Origin: a virus
Lineage: Duplodnaviria; Caudoviricetes
IMG/VR virus record: IMGVR_UViG_3300032312_001958
Strand: one strand, 5' to 3'
DNA length: 64,000 nucleotides
Within the stretch, counting starts at the first letter, position 1, and each line of letters starts with the position of its first letter. Below the pieces are notes generated by a model. It made no database searches. It saw nothing but the letters and a program-made list of their open reading frames with translations, and had not been told where the DNA came from. Shown one piece after another: positions 9,646 to 18,531 of this stretch. Made by a program: the position numbers and the translations under genes.

Positions 9646-9878
9646 CAAGAAGCAAGTATTGGCTCAAAGTCTTCACGTTCCAAAGAGAAAATCTCAAAGA
9701 AATTTGGAAAAAAACCATATCTCCAATACAATGCTCCACTATTCTCAAAATCAAAATACCAATACTTTTCTTCTCTATCAATGAACCATATGGAGCCATT
9801 GTATGGGATTATCTCCGCATTACCTAACTCTTTGTATAGACGTTTAAATATAATTTGTTTTAACTTATCTGAAACCAT
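9534..9878 (-). CDS. small protein whose 3' end runs into the repeat-spacer array
   Basis: 114 aa, related to the IFKYL..FFS..WVE family; TTTG..TATCTTTG promoter 4 nt before ATG. Confidence 0.8.
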   Translation of the reverse strand: MVSDKLKQIIFKRLYKELGNAEIIPYNGSIWFIDREEKYWYFDFENSGALYWRYGFFPNFFEIFSLEREDFEPILASWVEEVLNSKVPITLPLDRKHKKRVEEVLNHKVETTTA

Positions 9879-9914
9879 AGGACAAAGATAAGATAAAAAT
9901 TGTGGAACTACAAA

Positions 9915-10256
9915 TTAATATTCAGATGGTATTTTTAATGACGATTTGAGTTGCATTATCTTGTTGGACATTTGACCCTCCAAGTTTAGGGTTTTCTTAA
10001 CCCATTGTCCAACAACTCTGGTAGATTGATAATCGTTAAGAGAAAAGAAGGAAGAAACTTCTTTAATTAAATCCATATAAATAAAACACAATTCATTATT
10101 GGCGTGATTACCACCATATTTAATCTGAGCAAACTCATCATCGTTAGGGTGTTTAAAGTATGTACTGGCACCAATCTTAGATATTTCAAAATCTTGGCTA
10201 TTAAGATACTTGAATACGGATTTATCTAGTTGTGATTCGGTGATTAGGTATTTCAT
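9915..10256 (-). CDS. MKYLITESQ paralogue family protein
   Basis: VFKYLNSQDF..EVSSFFS..QWVKKTL. Confidence 0.85.
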   Translation of the reverse strand: MKYLITESQLDKSVFKYLNSQDFEISKIGASTYFKHPNDDEFAQIKYGGNHANNELCFIYMDLIKEVSSFFSLNDYQSTRVVGQWVKKTLNLEGQMSNKIMQLKSSLKIPSEY

Positions 10257-10624
10257 GAGAATGTTACACTTTTAACTGATTTAACTTCGTAGTCGGGGAA
10301 GTATTCATTAAATACATCTGACAGAATGAAATCGCTGTGAACCCACCAAATTGGATGGGGAAATGCCTCACCATATATATTATCAAGTTGTCTACTATAA
10401 TATAATTCACCACTTTGTTTTATATACATCATCATTAGTTTTCCTTCAGAGTCGAATAAACCAATTCTAAATTCACTTTCATCATATGAATCAACCAAAT
10501 TTACAAAATAAGGAACAAACTTATGTTTAAGTTTCTCATACTTTTCAGCGTACTCAATATTTCTCCAAGTTCTTTCAAGCTCGGTAATTAACTTATATTG
10601 TGATTCTGTTATAATGTATTTCAT
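10253..10624 (-). CDS. MKYIITESQ-leader protein
   Basis: Leader; TATTTAT upstream. Confidence 0.8.
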   Translation of the reverse strand: MKYIITESQYKLITELERTWRNIEYAEKYEKLKHKFVPYFVNLVDSYDESEFRIGLFDSEGKLMMMYIKQSGELYYSRQLDNIYGEAFPHPIWWVHSDFILSDVFNEYFPDYEVKSVKSVTFS

Positions 10625-10647
10625 GTAGTGATAAATATCTTATTATT

Positions 10648-11013
10648 TTACTTAACTATTAATCTGTAATACATGTCACCATTTCCAGCATCATTAACAT
10701 CATCATAATTAATTTTAAGATTTAGTTTATCACCGACCCAATCCGCAATAACTTTTAATAATTTAGATTTAGGTATAGGTAAAAATAAAGTTACCAACTC
10801 AATTAATTCACGACTAACATATAACCAATCTCTAACTTCACCAAAAGCATTTAAGTGATAGACACTTATTTGTGCGGTATCATCTGATTCGTTATTTAAA
10901 AAATAAATGTAATTGTTAAATTTTTTACCATTATCCATTATAATAAAATTATGACTGTCCAAATATTTTTGTACAACATTTTCTAATTTAGATTCTGTGA
11001 TAATGTATTTCAT
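10648..11013 (-). CDS. MKYIITESK paralogue family protein
   Basis: VQKYLDSHNF..IYFLNNE..DWVGDKL. Confidence 0.85.
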   Translation of the reverse strand: MKYIITESKLENVVQKYLDSHNFIIMDNGKKFNNYIYFLNNESDDTAQISVYHLNAFGEVRDWLYVSRELIELVTLFLPIPKSKLLKVIADWVGDKLNLKINYDDVNDAGNGDMYYRLIVK

Positions 11014-11366
11014 ATGTATAAATCAAGGAATTGTTCTAATGTTATTCCAAGAGCGGAGATACCCAAAAGGCTCATAAAGTTGGACTCTTCATACCCATCA
11101 CCTCTATTATCAAGAATCAATGGGTGGTTTGAACTATAATTCATTTGATATAATACCTTATGATTATCATCCAATTCTATAAGATACATCGGACCATAGT
11201 TATCACCTAATTGTCTTCTTCGTAAACCATCGTAAGTAAAATAGAAATCAAAATCATTCAGTATTTTATATATGCTCGGGTCAAGCTCCACACGACCTGT
11301 GAGGTCAATATTAAACTTGTTTTTAATAAATGTTTTTAATTTAGATTCAGTGATTAATAGTTTCAT
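11010..11366 (-). CDS. MKLLITESK-leader protein
   Basis: Start reassigned to the leader Met. Confidence 0.75.
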   Translation of the reverse strand: MKLLITESKLKTFIKNKFNIDLTGRVELDPSIYKILNDFDFYFTYDGLRRRQLGDNYGPMYLIELDDNHKVLYQMNYSSNHPLILDNRGDGYEESNFMSLLGISALGITLEQFLDLYI

Positions 11367-11379
11367 GTTATTATAAATA

Positions 11380-11712
11380 TTAATTAGACGGAATCTGCAT
11401 CCACTCAGATTTAATATTATTGGCCCACAAACAATAATCAATATCTACCTTTAAGGTCTCCCCAACCCATCTACCGATAGCTTCCCTAGCATCATAACCT
11501 TGCATAGAAAAGAAAGAAGCAACCTCACCAATTAATCCTGTATATATGACACATTTACTATCCTTATTAAAATATCTAATCTGTGCATATTCATCACCTT
11601 CTGAATTTACAAAGTATACACCATCACCTTTCTTAATCTGAATGAAGTCCTGATTATCCAAGTATTTAAAAATTAATTTGTCAAATTGTGATTCGGTGAT
11701 TAATACTTTCAT
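11380..11712 (-). CDS. MKVLITESQ paralogue family protein
   Basis: IFKYLDNQDFIQI..FVNSEGDEYAQIRY..RWVGETL; start reassigned. Confidence 0.85.
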   Translation of the reverse strand: MKVLITESQFDKLIFKYLDNQDFIQIKKGDGVYFVNSEGDEYAQIRYFNKDSKCVIYTGLIGEVASFFSMQGYDAREAIGRWVGETLKVDIDYCLWANNIKSEWMQIPSN

Positions 11713-11744
11713 ATAATAGTAAATATAATTATATTTATAATAAT

Positions 11745-12107
11745 ATGAACTTAGAAAAGACAATAAGAAGAATATTAAAGGAAGAGTCCAAAAAAGACAG
11801 GTTGATTGATAGATATATAACATCATTAATTAATCCTAGTAGTGGTAAATACAATCGTGATGATAAAAGGTTTGAGATGAGTGACAATGATGATAACCTA
11901 AATGCGATTATATTCTTTAACCAACAAGATGACGTGATGATGGTAATGATTGATGATAGTATATGGGAACAAGTATCCGATATGTTTTCAATAGATGATT
12001 GGAATGAGATGAATGATTATTTAGTTAAATGGTTCCAAGATAATTTTGACGGGTTAGAGGATTTATCTGAAGTAATTACATTTGATAACGCTGAATTTGC
12101 TTACTAA
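11745..12107 (+). CDS. protein with MNLEKTIRRILKEE leader
   Basis: Leader; KWFQDNF motif. Confidence 0.8.
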   Translation: MNLEKTIRRILKEESKKDRLIDRYITSLINPSSGKYNRDDKRFEMSDNDDNLNAIIFFNQQDDVMMVMIDDSIWEQVSDMFSIDDWNEMNDYLVKWFQDNFDGLEDLSEVITFDNAEFAY

Positions 12108-12108
12108 T

Positions 12109-12729
12109 ATGAACCTACAAGAAACAATAAGAAGAGTACTAAGAGAAGAATTATCACCAAGGATAAGAAGAAGACTTTCTATTGATGAAATGGAAAATGA
12201 GTTTCTTGAATCTTTTGAAGGTGCTTATCGTCTTACAAAAGACAGAAAGGTTTTAAGTTCACATTTTTTAGATGTGTTACTCTACACAACAATAACCTTT
12301 ATGATGGATAGTGTTCATTGGAGATTTGTTAGCACATTACCTGAAGATGAATTTTGGTATGATGATATACATAAAGAATTAGAAAATCATTATAGAGACA
12401 GAATTATACAGATGTATAATGAAAGGAAGGGAATTAAAGAATCAATATTAAGGGAAGAAACTGAGTTACCTGCTTATATTAGAAGAAGGGTGACCTCTGA
12501 TGACCTTGAGTGGTTGATTAGGGATGTTAAAATTTCTTTAAGTAGGGGAAAGAATAAAAGTGATGCCTTATATGATGCAATTCAAAATCTTATTTCGTCA
12601 AACAGAGAACTGTTAAAGGATTATGATATGTTCCAAGACGTGTATGCATTTGACGAACCACTAATTAGATATATCAATTCAAAATTGGACGAGGAACCGT
12701 TAAATGAATCTACATGTGGAAGATTATAA
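12109..12729 (+). CDS. two-domain protein with MNLQETIRRVLREE leader
   Basis: Start reassigned; second unit begins IKESILREE..YIRRR. Confidence 0.8.
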   Translation: MNLQETIRRVLREELSPRIRRRLSIDEMENEFLESFEGAYRLTKDRKVLSSHFLDVLLYTTITFMMDSVHWRFVSTLPEDEFWYDDIHKELENHYRDRIIQMYNERKGIKESILREETELPAYIRRRVTSDDLEWLIRDVKISLSRGKNKSDALYDAIQNLISSNRELLKDYDMFQDVYAFDEPLIRYINSKLDEEPLNESTCGRL

Positions 12730-12749
12730 TGGGGAGTGGAAAATAATTA

Positions 12750-13058
12750 CTATCTAATTATAACTTCTTTAACTCTTCTATCCAAAGTATTCTCAACCCA
12801 TCTAGCAATAACATATTTAGAACTATTAAATTCTATAGAGAAGAAATCTTTAATCTCATCAATTAACTCAAAACTTATTACACACTCACCACTTCTAAAG
12901 TATTCGATTAATGAGTCGATTAATGAGTCGATATATTCACCACCTTCAGAATTGGCGAAGTATATTGCGTTTCCTCTTTTAATCTGAATAAAGTCCTGAT
13001 TGTCAAGATACTTAAAGATTATTCTATCTATTTGCGATTCTGTTATAAGGTATTTCAT
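12750..13058 (-). CDS. MKYLITESQ paralogue family protein
   Basis: IFKYLDNQDFIQI..RWVENTL; 12-bp tandem duplication at 12904-12927. Confidence 0.85.
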   Translation of the reverse strand: MKYLITESQIDRIIFKYLDNQDFIQIKRGNAIYFANSEGGEYIDSLIDSLIEYFRSGECVISFELIDEIKDFFSIEFNSSKYVIARWVENTLDRRVKEVIIR

Positions 13059-13074
13059 TATTGATAAATATTAG

Positions 13075-13485
13075 TTAACAGTCACCTGTATTATGGACCT
13101 CAATATTATGACCTTTAATTAAACCGCCACCGAACTGATATAATGCCTTAGAAATAACATCTCTATACATACTTCTAAGACCTTCGTCAAACATATACCT
13201 TCCCTCATTCTCAGGAGCTGGCTTAGGTGTATAGACAACCAAATCCATAGAGTACTGAGTGGGTATGATAATATATTTACAATATATCAAAAGTGGGGAA
13301 ATATCATTTTTAAATATAGTTTTTGTTAGAAAGATAATATCTTCCTTAGTTCCCTTAATACCCATCTCATTAATAATCTCTTTAGGCGTCCTACTTGTCA
13401 TTTCACATAGTGCACGCATTCCAAATTTCTCTAATAAAGGTTTAAGGTTTTTATTACTTTGATTTTCGGTGATTATTACTTTCAT
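13075..13485 (-). CDS. MKVIITENQ-leader protein
   Basis: Leader. Confidence 0.75.
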   Translation of the reverse strand: MKVIITENQSNKNLKPLLEKFGMRALCEMTSRTPKEIINEMGIKGTKEDIIFLTKTIFKNDISPLLIYCKYIIIPTQYSMDLVVYTPKPAPENEGRYMFDEGLRSMYRDVISKALYQFGGGLIKGHNIEVHNTGDC

Positions 13486-13493
13486 ATGATATA

Positions 13494-13823
13494 TTAGTTA
13501 TTAACTCTTATCCATACATTCGGTGCGGGTTTAGCCTCACGGGTTTGTACAACTATCATTTTGAGGGTATCCTCGACCCATCTACTGATAAGTTTAATGG
13601 ACTCGGAGATACTCAAAGAAAAGAAAGAAGACACTTCATTAATTAAACTTACGACAATGTAACACCAACCACTAATTTTATCATATCTAATCTCAGAGTA
13701 TTCATCATCTTCTGAATTAACAAAAAATATAGTTGCACCCTTTCTAATCTGAACAAAATCCTGATTGTCCAAATATTTAAAGATTGCTCTGTCTAATTGT
13801 GATTCTGATATTAAGTATTTCAT
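13494..13823 (-). CDS. MKYLISESQ paralogue family protein
   Basis: IFKYLDNQDFVQI..EVSSFFS..RWVEDTL. Confidence 0.85.
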   Translation of the reverse strand: MKYLISESQLDRAIFKYLDNQDFVQIRKGATIFFVNSEDDEYSEIRYDKISGWCYIVVSLINEVSSFFSLSISESIKLISRWVEDTLKMIVVQTREAKPAPNVWIRVNN

Positions 13824-13830
13824 AATTTAA

Positions 13831-14109
13831 TTAATTAGAGTTTAAGAATTTAAATAATGCTCTAACATAATCGGCACGTTTGACATAAAATTCAGTATCA
13901 TTACCATACTGTAAAAACTCATCACCTCTATGTTTATCAATGAACTTTTCAAGTAATTCATAAGCGTAGTCATCTCTGTCAGCAGAATCTTCAAAATCCT
14001 CGTCATCCATAATATAGTTATAATCATCTTTAAGCCCTTCCAATTCATCCATTGTAAACCTTCTAAGTAAAAATGTGTCTAATTGTGATTCTGTGATAAT
14101 GTATTTCAT
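13831..14109 (-). CDS. MKYIITESQ-leader protein (LRRF type)
   Basis: Start reassigned to leader; TATTTAT upstream. Confidence 0.8.
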   Translation of the reverse strand: MKYIITESQLDTFLLRRFTMDELEGLKDDYNYIMDDEDFEDSADRDDYAYELLEKFIDKHRGDEFLQYGNDTEFYVKRADYVRALFKFLNSN

Positions 14110-14201
14110 ATGATAATAAATATGATAAAACCACAATTATTGGTAAAGCACATTTGATTAATCAAATTAAAAAACATATTATTGTTTTAAATTAACAATA
14201 T

Positions 14202-15590
14202 ATGAAAAACTTTACGGTATCCCAACTAATGGAAATGGGGGCACAATTTCAGAAAGACAGAAAAATCAACATATCTACTGACACAAAAACGGTACGTGAA
14301 TTATATGAGTTATACTTAGATGGTAAACTTGTATTACAGGATTGGTTTCAGCGTGGGTTTCACTGGGACCACAATAAGAAAGTAATGTTAATACATACAT
14401 TACTTAATACACCGAAACTTCTTACGGAGGTTGTGTTTTTCATTGATAATGATGGTAAATACTATGTTGCCGATGGTCAACAAAGACTTACATCTATTTT
14501 TAATTTTTTGGATGGTCACTACGATTATAATGGGGCGGATTTGGAACCGAGCACATTATTCTATGGTGTCAAATATGGTACCAAGGACTTTCAAAAGTGT
14601 TCAGACAAATTAAAGAATACTCCGATTAAAACGACGGAGATTGATAACTATGGTCTTGATGGGGATAAGATTAATATTCTAAAGTCATATGTCTTTATGA
14701 AATGGAATAATGGTTCAAACCTTAACGCAGCCGAGTTACGTGGAGGATTATATAGTACGGTGAATGCATTAATTAAACCATTGGTCGATGGGATGGATGA
14801 TAATACAAAACAAGCTCTAATCTTATCAAAGAAGTTTGGACGGAATAGAATCAATGAATTATATGAGAGATTGATATATCATATGGTTCAAAAAGATTTG
14901 GTTAGGGACCCGACACCGAAACAGTTGTTAAGTATTCACGGGGATAAAGAAATTGACAGTGACCAACAAAACATTCTAAGAGTATTAAATACTGTTACAT
15001 CGGCGGTTGTGACATATAGAAACACACATAAGACTTACCAAGCGGGTACAACGTCGTTACGTGATGTTATAGTGGCGTCAACCAAGTTAAGAAAGATGGG
15101 CAGACTTGTAACATTAGAAGATATGAAGAATTATATTATATCTACCATGTTAAAACTAAACACCGTATTTTCTCAGAACAATAAGTTCATTGTATATCAA
15201 AAGGCGGATATGGATAATATGAATGAGGAAATAAATAAAGAATGGTACCAAACATACTTTAGATTCTTCGGACGTGGACAAGATGGTCATACAATAAGAA
15301 GAGTTAAGTTCCTTGTAGATAATATGGATAAATTTGTAGATGTTATACAAAGAGATAAGATTCGTAACTTTCCACAAGATATGCAAATACGTGTACTGAA
15401 TAATCAGGATAACAAATGTACTCTATGTGGTGAACATCTTACTATGTCAGATGCCGAAGCTGACCATATAGTAGAACACTCTAAAGGAGGACTAACAGAA
15501 GAAAGTAATCTACAGATGTTACACAAAGAATGTCATAAAGAAAAGACACGTGGATTTAATACAAAGTTAGACTTATTTAATGTGGTATAA
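14202..15590 (+). CDS. DUF262 (ParB-like) plus C-terminal HNH endonuclease, GmrSD-like
   Basis: FQRGFHW, VADGQQRLTSI, CTLCG..DHIVEHSKGG..NLQMLHKECH. Confidence 0.8.
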   Translation: MKNFTVSQLMEMGAQFQKDRKINISTDTKTVRELYELYLDGKLVLQDWFQRGFHWDHNKKVMLIHTLLNTPKLLTEVVFFIDNDGKYYVADGQQRLTSIFNFLDGHYDYNGADLEPSTLFYGVKYGTKDFQKCSDKLKNTPIKTTEIDNYGLDGDKINILKSYVFMKWNNGSNLNAAELRGGLYSTVNALIKPLVDGMDDNTKQALILSKKFGRNRINELYERLIYHMVQKDLVRDPTPKQLLSIHGDKEIDSDQQNILRVLNTVTSAVVTYRNTHKTYQAGTTSLRDVIVASTKLRKMGRLVTLEDMKNYIISTMLKLNTVFSQNNKFIVYQKADMDNMNEEINKEWYQTYFRFFGRGQDGHTIRRVKFLVDNMDKFVDVIQRDKIRNFPQDMQIRVLNNQDNKCTLCGEHLTMSDAEADHIVEHSKGGLTEESNLQMLHKECHKEKTRGFNTKLDLFNVV

Positions 15591-16371
15591 ATTACGAACT
15601 GAATAAACTCATTCCCCCATTCCACTGTCGTGTCGTTCCGTTACACTTCGTTTCACTACACTAATGGGTACATTTGTTTATTCACTTCCTAATTTAATCA
15701 GGTCAAGAACTTCCTAATTCCCCCCATATATAAAACCCCTAACGAAAGACACATAGTATGAGGGGACATTATAATTCCCTATGTGAATAATCATTCTATA
15801 TACTAAAAGGTATTATACCTACAGGTATAAATGAATGAGTATGTGATAGGTGATGTTATTCATTCCCCATATATAAATGGTGAAATACTATAGGGGACAA
15901 TTATGGTAAACCTGTAGGTTTATGTATTATGTCCCACTTTTTACCACCACTATAATTGTCCATATTATGTGTCTAATTGTGACAGGGGAAATCTTAAAAA
16001 CCCCGTTGAAGGACACTATAATACACTATTTCCGTTGAAGATTATAACGACTAAAGTCTGTCCACGCCATTTTCTTTATATGTCCTACTTTTATCTGGAT
16101 TTTATATATATTAAAAAAAACCCTTCTAACGCTATCGTCAGGACCATTTTTTTTACTTTTCATATGTACAAAAACCCCTCTTACGTATACGTCAGTGGGA
16201 AAAAGTGGTAATAATTTATTAACATAACACTACACAATATCACATATATTTATTATAATTATATGGTCAGAAACCCGTCAAGGGGATTGTCCCCCTTTTG
16301 TCGCTCGACTGACATTTTGACAAAATCAAGTTTTTTAACAAAAAGTTATTAACAATTTTCCCCCTTACGCT

Positions 16372-16641
16372 ATGAAGAAGAAAGATATCAACAAAAATGT
16401 GGATGAGATATTAAGGTCCCTAAGGGTCCTTGTGGATGATGTGGGGGACTTCAAGGTGGTACAGTTGTATCACAATGGTGTTAAGGTGGGGAAGATGGAG
16501 TACATGATATCATCTACCCCATACCAAGGGGACATTAAACAGTTAACAAGTTATAAACTTGAGGAACCTTTCATGGAGTTGTTCGAGGGTGTTGAGAACC
16601 CCATTAAGATTCTTAACTCATTTGGTTCAATGTACGTTTAA
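16372..16641 (+). CDS. hypothetical protein
   Basis: 89-aa ATG ORF. Confidence 0.55.
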   Translation: MKKKDINKNVDEILRSLRVLVDDVGDFKVVQLYHNGVKVGKMEYMISSTPYQGDIKQLTSYKLEEPFMELFEGVENPIKILNSFGSMYV

Positions 16642-17014
16642 CATTTTTCCATACCACACTTTTATATTTTAGTTCATTCCCCCTTGCTTCAATCTCGAAT
16701 GGGGAATCGTGGTAACCATTTTTCTTTACGGATGATTCGTAGTTTCTTTTCAACCCTTTTTGAATGTGGTGAGTATATTCATGGATGACCGTTCTGATAA
16801 ACATCTCCATAGTACCACAGTTTAAGGGGTTGATTATAATGTTGTACTCATAGTCATATTGTCCATAACAACTACCTAACCTATTGTTAATTTTAAACTT
16901 GGGGACAGGTTTGTTTCCATGACCAAGAATTTCTCTTGTCACCTTAATGGTTTCAATCCCCACGGTTCTTAGTTGTCGGGTGGTGTATGTGTTAAGGTTA
17001 TCTTTGAGTCTCAT
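16613..17014 (-). CDS. HExxH zinc metallopeptidase-like (SprT-like) protein
   Basis: IHEYTHH and SPFEIEAR. Confidence 0.7.
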   Translation of the reverse strand: MRLKDNLNTYTTRQLRTVGIETIKVTREILGHGNKPVPKFKINNRLGSCYGQYDYEYNIIINPLNCGTMEMFIRTVIHEYTHHIQKGLKRNYESSVKKNGYHDSPFEIEARGNELKYKSVVWKNVKRTLNQMS

Positions 17015-17017
17015 ATA

Positions 17018-17437
17018 TTAGTCGATGTATTTGAAAGTTATGTTACCCATGAAGTTTTCTCTGTATCTTGGACCTGAGATACAAGCCATCTCGAAGAACA
17101 TGGGGATTTTGGTTTTTTGAATCATCTTGTTAAAACAGAACTCAGCATGTGACTTTCTCTTTTTGAAGAATGATATTTGGGTTTCTCCCCATGCATACTT
17201 GGATGGGATTCTATTCTCACTGAAGTGGAACCCTGTCTTCTTTGTTGTAACTTCGATGTTCAACACACGAGAATATTCTTTGGTTGTCCAATTGTATTTG
17301 TCAGTTTCCCCAACTGATACAATACGAACTGTCACATCACCGAAACCATTCCATGTATCTTGGAAAGTTAATGAGTTGGTCTTCTGTAAGAACTTCTTAA
17401 CTAACTTGGTTGAGTATTTATCAGCTGTGATTTTCAT
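17018..17437 (-). CDS. hypothetical protein
   Basis: 139 aa; CCGTATATTTG promoter upstream on minus strand. Confidence 0.7.
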   Translation of the reverse strand: MKITADKYSTKLVKKFLQKTNSLTFQDTWNGFGDVTVRIVSVGETDKYNWTTKEYSRVLNIEVTTKKTGFHFSENRIPSKYAWGETQISFFKKRKSHAEFCFNKMIQKTKIPMFFEMACISGPRYRENFMGNITFKYID

Positions 17438-17762
17438 GGTGGGTGTGGTGTTTTATTGTTCTACAAATATACGGCGATTATTTTTACCACACAAGAAAAA
17501 TCTTATCTTTTTTTCTTTAAAGCAGGGTGGAGTACACACTCCAAGCATTCTATTATGTGCCAGCCCTTTATCCCCTCATCGTTATAAGGTACGTAATACA
17601 AAGTTACGGCAAAAATAATTAATAAAAAAATAGGATGCTAACTTTATTCTCCGTATCTTTGTGTTGGTGCTTTTTTATATAAAAAAAAATATATAAGGCA
17701 CCAAGCTAAGTTACGGCAGAAAATCCATATACACAAATAAAGTTATTAACTATTTATACAGT

Positions 17763-17948
17763 ATGAAGAAATATATACTAACCCTAATTATGTTAGTTGT
17801 TATGATAACATCCTGTTCATCCCCACAACATGGGTTCGACTACCAACGACATGTTAAAATACAAAAAAAAATGGTTAAGAAAATGAATCGAACCAACAAA
17901 CGATTGGGTAAAACATATTTTTTAATTGAAAACCAATCTAATAAATAA
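17763..17948 (+). CDS. small lipoprotein
   Basis: MKK plus hydrophobic core plus ITSC lipobox. Confidence 0.6.
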   Translation: MKKYILTLIMLVVMITSCSSPQHGFDYQRHVKIQKKMVKKMNRTNKRLGKTYFLIENQSNK

Positions 17949-17981
17949 TTTGTATATATAAAACCTTTGTTGTATATTTGT

Positions 17982-18260
17982 ATGATGAAACCAAAGGTAT
18001 ACACATTTAACGATATAGAATTTAAACCCCACGCAGCAGTGAAGGGTGGAGTTCAAGGTAAACTTATTCTCCCCAACAACATTACTGTATCTGTGGTAGG
18101 TGGTCCACAACTATATGGTGATGGTATAGATACATTCGAGGTGGCAGCATGGTACACCGACTCAAGTGATTGGATTCCCCTTAGTGACCACGATGATGTG
18201 AAAGGTTATGTAGAGAAGGATGAGATTGACTTCATATTATTTGAACTATCTAAAAAGTAA
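17982..18260 (+). CDS. hypothetical protein
   Basis: TATATTTG at 17973-17980 then ATG; SVVGG..LYGDG..TFEVA. Confidence 0.75.
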   Translation: MMKPKVYTFNDIEFKPHAAVKGGVQGKLILPNNITVSVVGGPQLYGDGIDTFEVAAWYTDSSDWIPLSDHDDVKGYVEKDEIDFILFELSKK

Positions 18261-18531
18261 TTAACATATTGGGAGGGGGGAGTTGTTGATAAATATTCAT
18301 AACTCCCCCCCATATACGGGGTACTCCCCCTATACCCCTGACACCCCCCTCCCGTATCCCCCCTTATATAGGTCATTTTGTCAGTCAAAAGGGGGGTACA
18401 ATCCCGTCAATAAAATTTTGGGAAATTTTTTATGGAAAAGGGACCCTCTGTTTTAAAATGTTCCCTATATGTAAAAATAAATTTTTGGAAATTTTTTGGA
18501 AAATTTGTATTTATAGTAAACATTATATATT

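Larger units (their letters stand above)
15591..18500. other. low-coding control region, candidate replication origin / early promoter cluster
   Basis: About 780 bp without a credible gene, C/G runs, DnaA-box-like 9-mers, clustered CCG-TAnnTTTG promoters, GC-rich hairpin at 18275-18310. Confidence 0.4.

Noticed and set aside
9280-13823. Classical diversity-generating retroelement
   Set aside because: No reverse transcriptase or TR/VR pair in the window; the variable segments differ at all bases, not only at adenines.
15969-16211. 80-aa ORF in the non-coding region, also 17127-17618 and 18206-18388
   Set aside because: GTG/TTG or context-free starts, no promoter motif, atypical composition; 17127-17618 is antisense to a better gene.
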